43,220 nt of DNA from an uncultured Candidatus Saccharibacteria bacterium. GTDB taxonomy: Bacteria; Patescibacteriota; Minisyncoccia; Phycocordibacterales; CAYZPE01. The stretch spans positions 1-43,220 of the forward strand of contig CAZVFV010000001.1 of the NCBI GenBank assembly GCA_964626625.1, read 5' to 3'. Positions 7,060-17,703 of the stretch are shown here, in pieces; the stretch's first letter is position 1; every line of letters begins with the position of its first letter. The notes under the pieces were generated by a model, which searched no databases, was not told the DNA's origin, and saw nothing but the letters and a program-made list of their open reading frames with translations. Made by a program: the position numbers and the translations under genes.

Positions 7060-10047
7060 TTATCTCTTCAACATCTTTGCCAGAATACAATACTCACACT
7101 TTTTATCGTCACATGTTTTATCCCAAAATGAGAGCTCGAGTATTTCATTACCTACCATTTCGATTGTTTCAATTAAATCATCAGTATCATCTTTTGTTAC
7201 CGTAAACTTTTCCTTTACATACTTTCCTCTTTCATTAGGTTCAACAAAATCAATTTCCCCTGAAACCATATCGTACATACCACCTTTAAATCTATCGAGT
7301 AGAATTTTATAAAAAACAATTTGTCTAAAAATGTTTCCTTCTGAATCTTTTGTATCACCTGTAATTTGATTTCGTGTTTTAGGTTTGCCAGTTTTATAAT
7401 CAATAACATTAACTTCTCTCTCACTTAAAAACTCTAATTTATCAAGCTTACCCGTCAAAATAATTTCTGAAGTTAAAGCGATATTTCTTACGGCAAATTC
7501 ATTGAGAGTTTGAGTTATCCATCGTGAACTATATTCATCAAACCAACCAGAAAGTGCTTTTTCACCTCTTTCTTTATAGACAAGAAAATCACTTTCTTTA
7601 AAGGGCTGTGTTTGTAAAGTAGAAACAAAGGCTTGTACTGTATTTTCCTTTGAAAAATCTTCTTCAATACGAAGTTTATTAAAAAGAGTATTGAGGGCTT
7701 CATGAATAGCAGTACCGTACATTAAATGAGCTTCATCAGCCTGAGGAAGCCTAATGAGGTTTCTATAGAAGTATTTCCATGGACATGAAAGATAGTTATT
7801 AAGAGCTGATACAGACATCCCTTGGGCTGTAAAAAGGCTTTTAATATAAGCTTTGTCATGGAGACCTCCTCCAGATTGCCCTTCTGCTTTAACGTATATA
7901 TGAGACCTTTTTTCTTCAAACTCATTTTCTAAAGAAGTGGTATCAACTAAAGTAGTAAGTTTAGAATCAATCTCTTGAATGAATTGACTCGGAAGTTGTT
8001 CTCTACCGTCTTCACCGTGACGTGAAAAAGAAAGTGTTACATGTTTTTTAGCCCGAGTTAAAGCAACATACAAAAGACGTCTCTCATCGTCGAGAGAACT
8101 TCCTTGTGTATTTTTTTGAAGTAGAGAATATACTTCTGGCAATAATTTCAAAGACTCTATCTTTCTTTTATTTCCCCACTTACCGTCATATACATGAACA
8201 ATAAAAACGTATTCAAATTCAAGCCCTTTTGACTTATGCGTAGTCATAAGACGAACAAACCCTTCTCTTCCACCTCTCTTTTTTTTCTTTGGAGAAAGAC
8301 TGTGGTTTTCAAGAGTATTCAAATGCTCTAAAAAATCTTTTAAATTTCCCTTTGGTGACATGCGAACAAAATCTCTTATTTCCTCAAAAAATAAATCAAT
8401 TGCATCAAGTGTTTCTTGTGCACCATCCTCACCAAGCACACTATTTAAAAGTCCTGACTCCCTCAATATTTCTTCAAAAAAATCAACAAGTCCTTTGTTA
8501 TGAGATTCTTTTACAAAGTACGAAAGAATTGAAAAAGCATTCAGAATAGTAGTCTTATTTTCAAGTTCCACATCGTCGAGTAATTTCTTTTGAGAAATAA
8601 CATCATAGAGTGAATACTTTCTTTTTTGACCTGCTGACCTGATAAGCTTGAATAAATCCAGAGGAACAACGTCCCATAAAGGTAGGTGAAAATAGTCGGC
8701 AAGTTTTCTGTCATCTCCAAAATTATTAGCTGCCTCTGCAATTGAGAGCAGTTTTCTCACAGCAGAATGAGAAAAGATACTTTCCTCTGACTCAATAGTA
8801 TGCGGTATGTTTACTTTTTTAAAATAAGAAGAAAGTTCTTCTGCATCTTTGTTATCTCGATATAAAACTGCAATTTCATGAGGATGAACACCTTCATCTA
8901 AGAGCTTTTTAATGTCTTGTCCAATTCCATAATATTCATGTTCTTTTTTTGTAAATGCATATACAGAAATAGGTTTTATGCTTGCCTTACCTTGCGATTT
9001 TAAAACAACATCAGATGGTATCATGCTGTGAGCACTATCCAGAATAGATTGAGTTGAACGATAGTTCTCTGTCAGCTTCACAAGTTTTGTTTCTGGATAC
9101 AACTCTTTGAAATAGAGAAAATTTTCAAGACTCGCTCCTTGAAAACGAAAAATTGCTTGCTTTTCATCACCAACCACAAAAAGATTCGGTCGTGGTGCAA
9201 AGTGACTTGCTAATCGCTCGAGTATTTTATTTTGAGCATTATTAGTATCTTGATGTTCATCAACTAAAATATATTGATAATTTTCTTGTAAACGAAGGAG
9301 GAGGTCTTCATTTTTTGTGAGAACTTTCAGAACCTCGATAATCATATCGCTATAGTCATAGAGCTTCTGCTCTCTCAAAGAAACTTCATATACATCGTAA
9401 ACCTTCAAAAGCTCTTCGTTTTTTGAAATTTGTTTTTCAAGATCTTTATAAACCCCCTTCATTTTTCCTTTATGAACACCCTTCTCATGATATACGTCAG
9501 GAGTTACCTCAAAATCTTTACGTGCTTTTGTGATAATGTCTTTGAAAGCTTTCGTATCAACTCCTTCTCTTTTTAAGTTATTAATTCCTGATAAAATTGG
9601 TTTTACAAAATAAGAAGGATCACCGTGAGGTTTTAAAAATTCAAAACTTTCTTTCTCAATAATAGCCTCTATAATCTTTATTTGTTCAATATCAGTAATA
9701 CTCCTTGAACCAATAATATGAGGAAATTCTTCTGGGTTCTGCTGGATTATCTCATTTGCAAAACCATGAAATGTGTTTATGTGTACCCGATATGCAGAGG
9801 TTTTTATAATATTCAAAAGCCTCTTTCTCATACTTGAAACACCAGATTCAGTAAATGTGAGAGCTAAAATATTTTCTGGAGCAGTGTCTGTTTTAAGAAG
9901 AATGTTTGCAATACGGAGTGTTAAAATCTGGGTCTTGCCAGTACCTGGTCCTGCCACAACCATAACTGGACCATCGATAGAATCAACAGCCTCTTTTTGG
10001 TCTTTATTTAAAGCTTTATATAGTTTCTTAAATTCTAAACTTTCCAT
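7060..10047 (-). CDS. UvrD/PcrA-type SF1 helicase fused to a C-terminal PD-(D/E)XK (RecB/Cas4-like) nuclease with a four-Cys cluster
   Basis: 995 aa. The helicase part has Walker A GPGTGKTQ, DEHQDT and TTHKSKGLEF. The C-terminus has YLSCPWKYF, VIDYKTGK, RQIVFYK (QxxxY) and CDDKKCEYC. Confidence 0.85.
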   Translation of the reverse strand: MESLEFKKLYKALNKDQKEAVDSIDGPVMVVAGPGTGKTQILTLRIANILLKTDTAPENILALTFTESGVSSMRKRLLNIIKTSAYRVHINTFHGFANEIIQQNPEEFPHIIGSRSITDIEQIKIIEAIIEKESFEFLKPHGDPSYFVKPILSGINNLKREGVDTKAFKDIITKARKDFEVTPDVYHEKGVHKGKMKGVYKDLEKQISKNEELLKVYDVYEVSLREQKLYDYSDMIIEVLKVLTKNEDLLLRLQENYQYILVDEHQDTNNAQNKILERLASHFAPRPNLFVVGDEKQAIFRFQGASLENFLYFKELYPETKLVKLTENYRSTQSILDSAHSMIPSDVVLKSQGKASIKPISVYAFTKKEHEYYGIGQDIKKLLDEGVHPHEIAVLYRDNKDAEELSSYFKKVNIPHTIESEESIFSHSAVRKLLSIAEAANNFGDDRKLADYFHLPLWDVVPLDLFKLIRSAGQKRKYSLYDVISQKKLLDDVELENKTTILNAFSILSYFVKESHNKGLVDFFEEILRESGLLNSVLGEDGAQETLDAIDLFFEEIRDFVRMSPKGNLKDFLEHLNTLENHSLSPKKKKRGGREGFVRLMTTHKSKGLEFEYVFIVHVYDGKWGNKRKIESLKLLPEVYSLLQKNTQGSSLDDERRLLYVALTRAKKHVTLSFSRHGEDGREQLPSQFIQEIDSKLTTLVDTTSLENEFEEKRSHIYVKAEGQSGGGLHDKAYIKSLFTAQGMSVSALNNYLSCPWKYFYRNLIRLPQADEAHLMYGTAIHEALNTLFNKLRIEEDFSKENTVQAFVSTLQTQPFKESDFLVYKERGEKALSGWFDEYSSRWITQTLNEFAVRNIALTSEIILTGKLDKLEFLSEREVNVIDYKTGKPKTRNQITGDTKDSEGNIFRQIVFYKILLDRFKGGMYDMVSGEIDFVEPNERGKYVKEKFTVTKDDTDDLIETIEMVGNEILELSFWDKTCDDKKCEYCILAKMLKR

Positions 10048-10169
10048 ATCCTAAGTGTAGCGAACTCAACAGGATTTAGAAATAGAACATAGGAACAAAA
10101 ATCAGTATTGTACGGCACATCGTATAATACTGATTTTTGTTAACTTCTATTTAATATATAAAAAGTTAA

Positions 10170-10200
10170 GAAATAAAAACCCTGGACTGATGTCCAGGGT
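10170..10200 (-). terminator. Intrinsic terminator of the second sigma gene
   Basis: accctggac-tgat-gtccagggt, followed on the minus strand by ttttatttc. Confidence 0.7.
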
Positions 10201-10224
10201 GAGAGTGAGATTCTTGTTTCAACT

Positions 10225-10893
10225 TCAACTTGAGAGTTCTTGAGCAAAACACTTACGAAGCTTATTAAGTGCCCTTATTTCAATTTGACGAACTGCTTCT
10301 TGAGTTATTCCTAGGACCTGACCCAACTCTCTTCTTGTTAATAACTCTTTTTTGTCAAGTCCGTATCTACAAGAAAGAATTCGCCTCTCCCTTTCATCTT
10401 TAAGTGATAGAAAAACTCGATTAAGTTTGTCGAACATATCAGTATTGTAAAACTCCTTATTACTTCCTTGGAACAATATAGCACGTCTCGCAATAACAAA
10501 AGGACGCTTCCGCTCACTCCTTTCTTTAGAAGCAGCCTGAATCATTCGCCTCTTTATAGCAACGTACGCATACGTACTAAATTGAAATCCACGCCCAGGA
10601 TCAAATCCTCTAATGGCATCGAACAGACTTTCATTGCCAACAGAAAGCAGTTCTTCACAGTCCACTTGGCCACGAATTTTCTTTACCAAAAACTTAATAA
10701 TTCCTTGATTACCTAATGCAATTTGATTTTGTAATCGACCGACCTCCAACTTCAATGTACTAGTGCAAGTATGTGGAAGATTTTGTTCCTTAGCTTCCAT
10801 AGCAACCTTAAGATTATTTTCGATAGCACGGAGCTCAATAAAGCAGTCTTTACACTGAGGCCACCCCATTACCTGTGACGATCTATTGATCAT
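10225..10893 (-). CDS. Sigma-70 family RNA polymerase sigma factor (short, alternative type)
   Basis: 222 aa. Region 2 is FDPGRGFQFSTYAYVAIKRRM and the region 4 HTH is TRRELGQVLGITQEAVRQIEIRALNKLR. The Cys-containing N-terminal roughly 70 aa has no recognised family. Confidence 0.8.
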   Translation of the reverse strand: MINRSSQVMGWPQCKDCFIELRAIENNLKVAMEAKEQNLPHTCTSTLKLEVGRLQNQIALGNQGIIKFLVKKIRGQVDCEELLSVGNESLFDAIRGFDPGRGFQFSTYAYVAIKRRMIQAASKERSERKRPFVIARRAILFQGSNKEFYNTDMFDKLNRVFLSLKDERERRILSCRYGLDKKELLTRRELGQVLGITQEAVRQIEIRALNKLRKCFAQELSS

Positions 10894-10978
10894 ACGTTTC
10901 CCTTTCGTAAGTTAAGATTGAAAAATGACAAAAAAACAAACCAGATAATACAGTAACACATAAAATCATATTTTCAAG

Positions 10979-11003
10979 TAAACAAAAACCACCCGAAGGT
11001 GGT
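10979..11003 (-). terminator. Intrinsic terminator after rpoD
   Basis: accacc-cgaa-ggtggt, followed on the minus strand by tttttgttt, 10 nt after the rpoD stop. Confidence 0.7.
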
Positions 11004-11012
11004 CTTTTACTT

Positions 11013-12275
11013 TTAATAATAGTTTCGAAGCCTATTTGCTTTGTCGTGCTGGCGAATTTTTTCAAGCGCCTTTGCTTCAATTTGTCGAATACGCTCACGA
11101 GTCACTCCAAATTCCTTACCTACCTCTTCAAGAGTGTGAGTAATACCGTCAACGAGACCATGTCTCATTTCTAAAATTTTCCTTTCTTTTTCTGGTAAAT
11201 CATCCAGAATTTCCTTTACTTGGTCAGCAATAATTCTACGTGATGATTCTTGATCAGGAGAAAGGATTTTGTCATCAGCAATAAAGTCTCCTAGTACAGA
11301 CTTATCATCTCCTTCATCTCCAACCGGATTTTCCAAAGAGACAGTACTTTGGTCGATTTTTTCAATTTGATAAATCTTATCAACATCGAGACCCATCTCA
11401 ACAGCAATTTCTTCTGGGAGCGGGTCTCTACCAAGATCTTGTGAAAGTCTTCGAAAAACCTGTTTATATTTAGCAATAGTTTCAACCATATGTACCGGTA
11501 CTCGAATAGTACGTGACTGATCAGCAAGCGCTCGTGTGATCGCCTGACGAATCCACCATGTTGCATATGTTGAAAACTTAAAACCTTTTGTCCAATCAAA
11601 TTTATCAACGGCACGGAAAAGTCCTAAATTTCCTTCCTGAATAAGATCGAGGAGAGTAAGATCGGGACTACGACCTACGTATTTTTTAGCAATAGAAACC
11701 ACTAAACGTAGGTTTGATCGGGCAAGAATATTTTTTGCCTCATCATCCCCCGCTTCAATCCGTCGAGCTAATTCTTTTTCTAGTGCACCAGAAATAAGTG
11801 GGTACTGCCCAATTTCTTTAAGATACATCTGAATTGAATCATAACTTCCTTCTCCAGCACCTTTTATATATTGTGACTTTTCATTGTTCTGTGGGTCTTC
11901 AAGGAGACCTCCACCATCAAGAACATCAACACCAGATGACTTTAATTTGTCATATAGATTTTCAAGAAAAAGAACATCTTCTTCAATAGTTGGAAATTCT
12001 TTCAAAATCTCATCGTACGTAACAAACCCCCTTTCTTTTCCACGGGAAATAAGAAGACTCATTTTATCACCCCATTCATTTGCCTTATTTTTTTTACTTG
12101 CCTTTTTTGTATTTTTTTCTTTTGCTGTGTGTGCATGCTTAAAAGCAGCTCTCTTAATATTCTTCTTTGCTTGCCTTTTTGCTGTAACCTTTCTCTTCTT
12201 CACTTCTTTTTCTTTAGTATCCTTCTTTGTTACTTTTTTAACCTTTTTTATTTTTGTTTCTTTTTTTCTTGGCAT
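11013..12275 (-). CDS. rpoD: Primary RNA polymerase sigma factor
   Basis: 420 aa with a Lys-rich N-terminal tail, then regions 1.2 to 4 ([55 protein letters not shown]). Confidence 0.93.
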   Translation of the reverse strand: MPRKKETKIKKVKKVTKKDTKEKEVKKRKVTAKRQAKKNIKRAAFKHAHTAKEKNTKKASKKNKANEWGDKMSLLISRGKERGFVTYDEILKEFPTIEEDVLFLENLYDKLKSSGVDVLDGGGLLEDPQNNEKSQYIKGAGEGSYDSIQMYLKEIGQYPLISGALEKELARRIEAGDDEAKNILARSNLRLVVSIAKKYVGRSPDLTLLDLIQEGNLGLFRAVDKFDWTKGFKFSTYATWWIRQAITRALADQSRTIRVPVHMVETIAKYKQVFRRLSQDLGRDPLPEEIAVEMGLDVDKIYQIEKIDQSTVSLENPVGDEGDDKSVLGDFIADDKILSPDQESSRRIIADQVKEILDDLPEKERKILEMRHGLVDGITHTLEEVGKEFGVTRERIRQIEAKALEKIRQHDKANRLRNYY

Positions 12276-12280
12276 ATATA

Positions 12281-13975
12281 TTATGATGTTTTTTTAATTA
12301 AATTATTGTATTCAATAAGAAGTTTTTGGGCAGTTCCACCATCTCCAGAAGATTCTGCTTTCCGTATAGCGTGAGTTAATTTCTCTAACTCTTTTTTTAT
12401 AAATATGTCTCCTATACGCTGTATTAAATCTAGAAAAGATTCTTCGTCCAATCCTTGAGGAAATAATTTTTCTGCTTCAAATAATACCCTATCTTTAATA
12501 CCTTCAACTTCTTTAAATACATCTTCGTACCCCTCGTCTCCAACTATTTTTTTTAAAAAAACCTCAATCTTTTCAACATAACCACTACCCCTAGCTTTCT
12601 CAGAAAATAAAACACCTATCAGAGAATGCAAGGGGGAGATAGTATCTTGAGGAGGTGGCAGTGAATGTTTCAGAGTTCCTTCTTCTTCTTTTTTTACAAC
12701 AGAAACTTTTTTTAAATCTTGCCATAGAGCTTCTTCCGATAGATTAAACATATCACGAACCTTACCAATAAAGTGTGCCTTTTCAAGTTCACTTGCAAGA
12801 CCCTGGATCAAGGGAAGAATTCTTCCTTGAACTTCTTCAATAGTTTTGCGTGGAGGTAACTGCTCTTGCATAATATGCTCTAGTTGAAAATCAATAATAT
12901 GTTTAGATTCTGAAACTACTTTTTTCCATCTCACAATATCTTTTTGAATTAAATCTGCTGGATCTAACCCTTGAGGCAAGATACCGAGTTTAACTTCCAT
13001 TCCTAAAGACATAGCAAGACTTGCTGCTCTACCCGATGCATTAAACCCTGCTTCATCTCCATCAAAAATCATAAGTATCTTATGAGAAAGTGAAGAAAGT
13101 CTTTCGATATGTTTTTGAGTTAGGGCTGTACCAGATGTTGCAACAGCATTACCAAAACCCGCCTGATGACACATAAGCAAGTCCATTTGACCTTCAACCA
13201 AAATAGAGTAATTCTTTTTCCTTATAGCAACTTTTGCTTTGTGTAATCCATACAACACATCTGATTTTTTGAAGAGAAATGTGTCTGGACTATTTAAATA
13301 TTTTGGCTGACTATTATCACCTTCTTTTGGTGAAACGGCATATATTCTACCTGAAAATGCGATAACTCTTCCTGATATATCAAAAATTGGAAATATGATT
13401 CTTGACCTGAATACATCATACGAACCCTTATCACTTTTTTTAATAAGTCCCGCTTTTAACATGTCCTCATCTTTATATCCTTTTGATGTTAAATATGCCT
13501 TAAGCTCTCGCCACTCATCTGGAGCATAACCTATTTTCCAATTTTCAATAGATTTTTTGGTAAGCCCTCTTCCTTGTATGTACTCCAAAGCTTTTGGATT
13601 TTTTGAAAGCTCTTGAGCAAAATACTCCATTGCTTTTTCAAGTATTTCATACAACTTACTTTTTTCTCTATCTTCAGCTGTATTTTGAGAAAATGCTTCA
13701 AGAGATATTCCTGCTTTCTCAGCAAGAATCTTTAAGGCACCCTTAAAATCTACTCCCTCAAAATGTTCAACAAAACTAAAAATGTCTCCTTTTTCTCCAC
13801 AACCAAAACAATAGTAACTTCCTCGTGAAGGCGAGATGAAAAAGGAAGGTGTCTTTTCATTATGAAATGGACACTTTGCCTTAAAATTAATTCCCGTTCT
13901 TTCGAGCTTGACGTAAGAACCGATTACTTCCGCGACAGACAATTTTTCTTTTATTGTTTCTACGGCGGAGGACAT
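12281..13975 (-). CDS. dnaG: DNA primase
   Basis: 564 aa with the zinc ribbon [30 protein letters not shown] and a TOPRIM region ([16 protein letters not shown]). Confidence 0.93.
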   Translation of the reverse strand: MSSAVETIKEKLSVAEVIGSYVKLERTGINFKAKCPFHNEKTPSFFISPSRGSYYCFGCGEKGDIFSFVEHFEGVDFKGALKILAEKAGISLEAFSQNTAEDREKSKLYEILEKAMEYFAQELSKNPKALEYIQGRGLTKKSIENWKIGYAPDEWRELKAYLTSKGYKDEDMLKAGLIKKSDKGSYDVFRSRIIFPIFDISGRVIAFSGRIYAVSPKEGDNSQPKYLNSPDTFLFKKSDVLYGLHKAKVAIRKKNYSILVEGQMDLLMCHQAGFGNAVATSGTALTQKHIERLSSLSHKILMIFDGDEAGFNASGRAASLAMSLGMEVKLGILPQGLDPADLIQKDIVRWKKVVSESKHIIDFQLEHIMQEQLPPRKTIEEVQGRILPLIQGLASELEKAHFIGKVRDMFNLSEEALWQDLKKVSVVKKEEEGTLKHSLPPPQDTISPLHSLIGVLFSEKARGSGYVEKIEVFLKKIVGDEGYEDVFKEVEGIKDRVLFEAEKLFPQGLDEESFLDLIQRIGDIFIKKELEKLTHAIRKAESSGDGGTAQKLLIEYNNLIKKTS

Positions 13976-14028
13976 TGTTATATGTTGGCATTTGTACGGA
14001 ATGCCACCGTTATGAAGTTCTACAAAAT

Positions 14029-17000
14029 CTATTCTTCCTTAAGTTGTGTATGAAGCTTAGCTATCATATCTGCCTTTTCACTTCCTTTGAAACCAGTACC
14101 AGCAGGTACGAGACGTCCAACAATAACGTTCTCTTTCAGACCAATAAGATCATCTTCATAACCACGAAGTGCACTATTTATAAGCACTCGAGTTGTGTGT
14201 TGGAAAGAAGCGGCGGAAAGTACACTACGTCTTGAAAGGGCAACTTCAGCAATACCCATCACCACTGCCTCAGCAGTTGCAATTTCACCTCCTGCTTCCT
14301 TAATTGTTGCATTCACTTTCTTAAGTTCTGCGAGTTCAACAATATCTCCTCGAGAGAATGAAGTATCTCCCGCAACAAGAATCCTTCTTCGGGAGAACAT
14401 CTGCTTGATGATAATTTCTATATGCTTACGAGATACTGTTTCTCCTTGAAGCTCATAAAGCTTACTGATTTCACGAATGATGTAATTTTCTGTCTTTTCT
14501 TTACCAGCATACCTAAAGAGCTCTTCAATATTTGCTGAACCATCTGTAAGGAAATCTCCCTTTTTAACCTTATCTCCAACCTTAACAAGAACTGTTCGGT
14601 GAAAGTTAACTGGATACTCAATATCAAGCACAGGCTTTCCTTTTGAACCTTCATCAGGAAGAAGTGTAACTATTTTTTCACGTCCTTCTGTTTTTATATC
14701 TGAGATCATTCCATCAACATGAGCAATAACAGCAGGATTTTTTGGTTTTCGTTTTTCAAATATTTCTTCAGCACGAGGGAGACCGGCTGTAATGTCTCCA
14801 CCAACAGATGCGGTACCTCCAGCATGGAATGTACGCATAGTAAGCTGTGTTCCTGGTTCACCAATAGATTGAGCTGCTACAGTACCCACCGCCTCTCCAA
14901 GATCGATAATTCTATTCTTTCCAAGATCAGATCCGTAACATTTGATACACACACCTCGTAATGTCTCACACGTAAGTGGTGATCGAACAAAAACTTCAGA
15001 CACCCCAGCTTTTTCAATAACAAGAGCATCTTGTTTGGTTACAAAATGATCTCTCTTGAATAAAGTCTTACCGTCTGCGTCAACAATCTCTTTTGCCAAG
15101 AAACGACCCTTAACTATTTTTGAAATTGCAATCTCAATACCAGAAGCACTTTCTTTTCGAAGAGTAATACCTTCTTTCGTAGCACAATCATTTTCAAGTA
15201 CAACAACGTCCTGTGCAACATCGAAAAGTTTTCGAGTAAGATAACCTGCCTTTGCTGTATTAAGAGCTGTGTCAGTTAGACCTTTACGAGACCCGTGAGT
15301 TGTAATGAAGTACTCAATAGGAGTTAGACCTTCCTTACTACATGAAAGAATTGGAAACTCAATTGTTTCTCCTGCGGTATTTTGAATAAGACCTTTCATA
15401 CCAACCATTTGAGTAATCTGAGAAAGAGAACCTCGGGCACCTGACTTAACCATGTCATGAACAGAATCTCTAATACCTAGAGTTGCAGGAATAAGTTTTT
15501 CTACATCGCCCTTAGCAGCATGCCAAATTTCAATATTCTTTCTCATTCTTTCATCTTCAGAAAGAAGTCCTGAATTATATTGCTCTAATACTTCAGATGC
15601 TTTTACTTGAGCCTTCTTTATAACTTCATATTTACCTTGAGGGATTTTAACATCGTCAATACCCCATGTTACCCCTGAATATGTTGTGTATTTGAAACCA
15701 AACTCTTTAATCTTGTCGAGAATTGCTGGAATACTATCAATACCATATTTTTCAAAAAGCTCATCAATAAGGAAGGCCATTTTCTTTCGCTCTATTTCAC
15801 TATTTACAAATTGATAGTCAGCAGGAAAAACATCATTGAAAATAAGTCTTCCAACGGATGTCTCAATAACCTTTCCAGCGAACTCACCGAATTTGGGTGT
15901 ATTTGGAGCAAGTACCTTAATGTTTGCTCGGAAACTTACTACACCGAAATCTCTTGCAAGAACTGCTTCTTGTGGAGATGTAAATATTTTTCCTTCACCT
16001 TTTTCATCAGGCAAAATTCGTGTCATCCAGTAACATCCCAAAATAATATCGAGCATTTTTGCAGCAATAATAGGATCTCCTGAACCTGGCTTAAGAAGGT
16101 TTTTATTAGCAGCCATAATTTCCTTAGCTTCTAATTGAGCCTCTTTAGAAAGAGGAACATGCACCGCCATTTGATCGCCATCGAAGTCAGCATTAAACGC
16201 TGAACACACAAGTGGATGAACCTGAATAGCGTTTCCTTCAATAAGAATAGGTCTGAAAGCTTGAATACCAAGTCGGTGAAGTGTTGGAGCACGGTTTAGA
16301 AGTACGTATTTACCATTAATAACATCTTCGAGAATTGCCCACACTTCTGGAATACCGTCATCGATAAGTTTTCCTGCACCACGAATGTTGTATGCTAATT
16401 CTTTATTTAAAAGTTCTGAAATAACAAATGGTCTAAAGAGTTCTAGCGCCATATGTTTTGGTAAACCACATTGGTCAAGCTTAAGATCAGGACCAACAAC
16501 AATTACCGATCGTCCTGAGTAGTCAACACGCTTACCAAGAAGATTTCCTCGAAGTAACCCTCTCTTTCCTTTGAGGTTATCCGCAAGAGACTTGAGGGAT
16601 CGTCGTTGAGATTGTGGTCCTTGAGCTGGAGTTGCATTTCCGTGACGAATAGAATTATCAATAAGCGCATCAATAGCTTCTTGAAGGATTCTTTTTTCGT
16701 TACGTAAAATTACATCAGGAGCCATAATCTCCTTAAGTTTCTTTAGACGATTGTTTCGATTGATTACACGTCGATACAAATCGTTTACATCTGATGTTGC
16801 ATATCGTCCTCCATCAAGAGCGACCATAGGACGAAGAGCTGGTGGGATAATTGGAACTCGCGTAAGAAACATCCATTCAGGACGAATACTGTTTTTAATC
16901 ATTCCTCGAATAAGAGAGAGTCTTTTGTTTATCTTGTCGATATCGATGGAGCTCGCCTTTTCAAGTTGAGCATCGAGAGTTTCTGCAAGCTTAACAAGGT

Positions 17001-17685
17001 CAAGATTTTTAAAAATATTAAAAATCGCTTCAGCGCCAATACCTGCCTCAAATAATGTTGAATACTTTACTGAATATGAGTGATACTGAATTTCATCAAG
17101 AACGGTACCTTCTTGAATACTCTCAATTTCTTTTTTAGTAGAAAGCAATAGTTCCTTAAGCTTTTCTTTATCAGCCTCATTAGTAAGAGACTTTATTTTT
17201 GTTTTAAATTCAGAATCAAGATCTCTTAAGATTCGTGTACGTTCATCTTCATTAGCAAGAGTAATGATATATCCTGCAAAGTAGACAACTTTTTCAACAT
17301 CTCCAGCAGGAACACCAAGAACAAGTGCTATTCGAGAAGGCACACTTCGAAGAAACCAAATATGAGAAACTGGTGCTGCAAGATCAATATGTCCCATGCG
17401 ATCGCGACGAACAATTGATCGTGTTATTTCAACTCCACATTTTTCACACTCAATTCCCTTATAACGAATACCTCTATATTTTCCACAGTAACATTCATAA
17501 TCTTTGTCTGGACCGAAGATTTTTTCATCAAATAAACCACTTTTTTCACTTCGTTGAGTTCGATAGTTAATAGTTTCTGGTTTTGTAACTTCTCCGTGGG
17601 ACCATTCCTTTATTCGATCAGGAGATGCAAGACGAATAGATATTGTCTCAAAATTATGTAGTGTTGATGTAATATTTTTTTTCAT
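14029..17685 (-). CDS. rpoC: DNA-directed RNA polymerase subunit beta'
   Basis: 1218 aa with the catalytic [12 protein letters not shown] motif and zinc-binding Cys motifs (CYCGKY...CEKCGVE). Confidence 0.97.
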   Translation of the reverse strand: MKKNITSTLHNFETISIRLASPDRIKEWSHGEVTKPETINYRTQRSEKSGLFDEKIFGPDKDYECYCGKYRGIRYKGIECEKCGVEITRSIVRRDRMGHIDLAAPVSHIWFLRSVPSRIALVLGVPAGDVEKVVYFAGYIITLANEDERTRILRDLDSEFKTKIKSLTNEADKEKLKELLLSTKKEIESIQEGTVLDEIQYHSYSVKYSTLFEAGIGAEAIFNIFKNLDLVKLAETLDAQLEKASSIDIDKINKRLSLIRGMIKNSIRPEWMFLTRVPIIPPALRPMVALDGGRYATSDVNDLYRRVINRNNRLKKLKEIMAPDVILRNEKRILQEAIDALIDNSIRHGNATPAQGPQSQRRSLKSLADNLKGKRGLLRGNLLGKRVDYSGRSVIVVGPDLKLDQCGLPKHMALELFRPFVISELLNKELAYNIRGAGKLIDDGIPEVWAILEDVINGKYVLLNRAPTLHRLGIQAFRPILIEGNAIQVHPLVCSAFNADFDGDQMAVHVPLSKEAQLEAKEIMAANKNLLKPGSGDPIIAAKMLDIILGCYWMTRILPDEKGEGKIFTSPQEAVLARDFGVVSFRANIKVLAPNTPKFGEFAGKVIETSVGRLIFNDVFPADYQFVNSEIERKKMAFLIDELFEKYGIDSIPAILDKIKEFGFKYTTYSGVTWGIDDVKIPQGKYEVIKKAQVKASEVLEQYNSGLLSEDERMRKNIEIWHAAKGDVEKLIPATLGIRDSVHDMVKSGARGSLSQITQMVGMKGLIQNTAGETIEFPILSCSKEGLTPIEYFITTHGSRKGLTDTALNTAKAGYLTRKLFDVAQDVVVLENDCATKEGITLRKESASGIEIAISKIVKGRFLAKEIVDADGKTLFKRDHFVTKQDALVIEKAGVSEVFVRSPLTCETLRGVCIKCYGSDLGKNRIIDLGEAVGTVAAQSIGEPGTQLTMRTFHAGGTASVGGDITAGLPRAEEIFEKRKPKNPAVIAHVDGMISDIKTEGREKIVTLLPDEGSKGKPVLDIEYPVNFHRTVLVKVGDKVKKGDFLTDGSANIEELFRYAGKEKTENYIIREISKLYELQGETVSRKHIEIIIKQMFSRRRILVAGDTSFSRGDIVELAELKKVNATIKEAGGEIATAEAVVMGIAEVALSRRSVLSAASFQHTTRVLINSALRGYEDDLIGLKENVIVGRLVPAGTGFKGSEKADMIAKLHTQLKEE

Positions 17686-17703
17686 AATATGTATCTTAAG
17701 GAA

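Noticed and set aside
6906-7312. The plus-strand ORFs 6906..7205 and 7004..7312, plus 21070..21270, cover the two motif copies.
   Set aside because: They cross hairpins and the helicase 3' end, have no start context, and the two motif copies do not preserve a reading frame (there is an indel in the core). The conservation is better explained as RNA or DNA structure.
10094-10140. A 15-bp AT-rich hairpin (acaaaaatcagtatt/aatactgatttttgt) lies between the second sigma gene's terminator and the helicase start.
   Set aside because: It could be a second terminator or a helicase 5' UTR element, but it has nothing distinctive and no second copy was seen. It is listed for completeness only.
11884-12374. 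Plus-strand ORFs of 137 and 81 aa lie opposite the rpoD N-terminus, and there are many other 60-170-aa antisense ORFs inside rpoB, rpoC, smc, rnr, dnaE, thrS and gyrB.
   Set aside because: These are antisense shadows of long, well-supported genes. The Phe/Ser/Leu-rich translation is the mirror of Lys/Glu-rich coding sequence.
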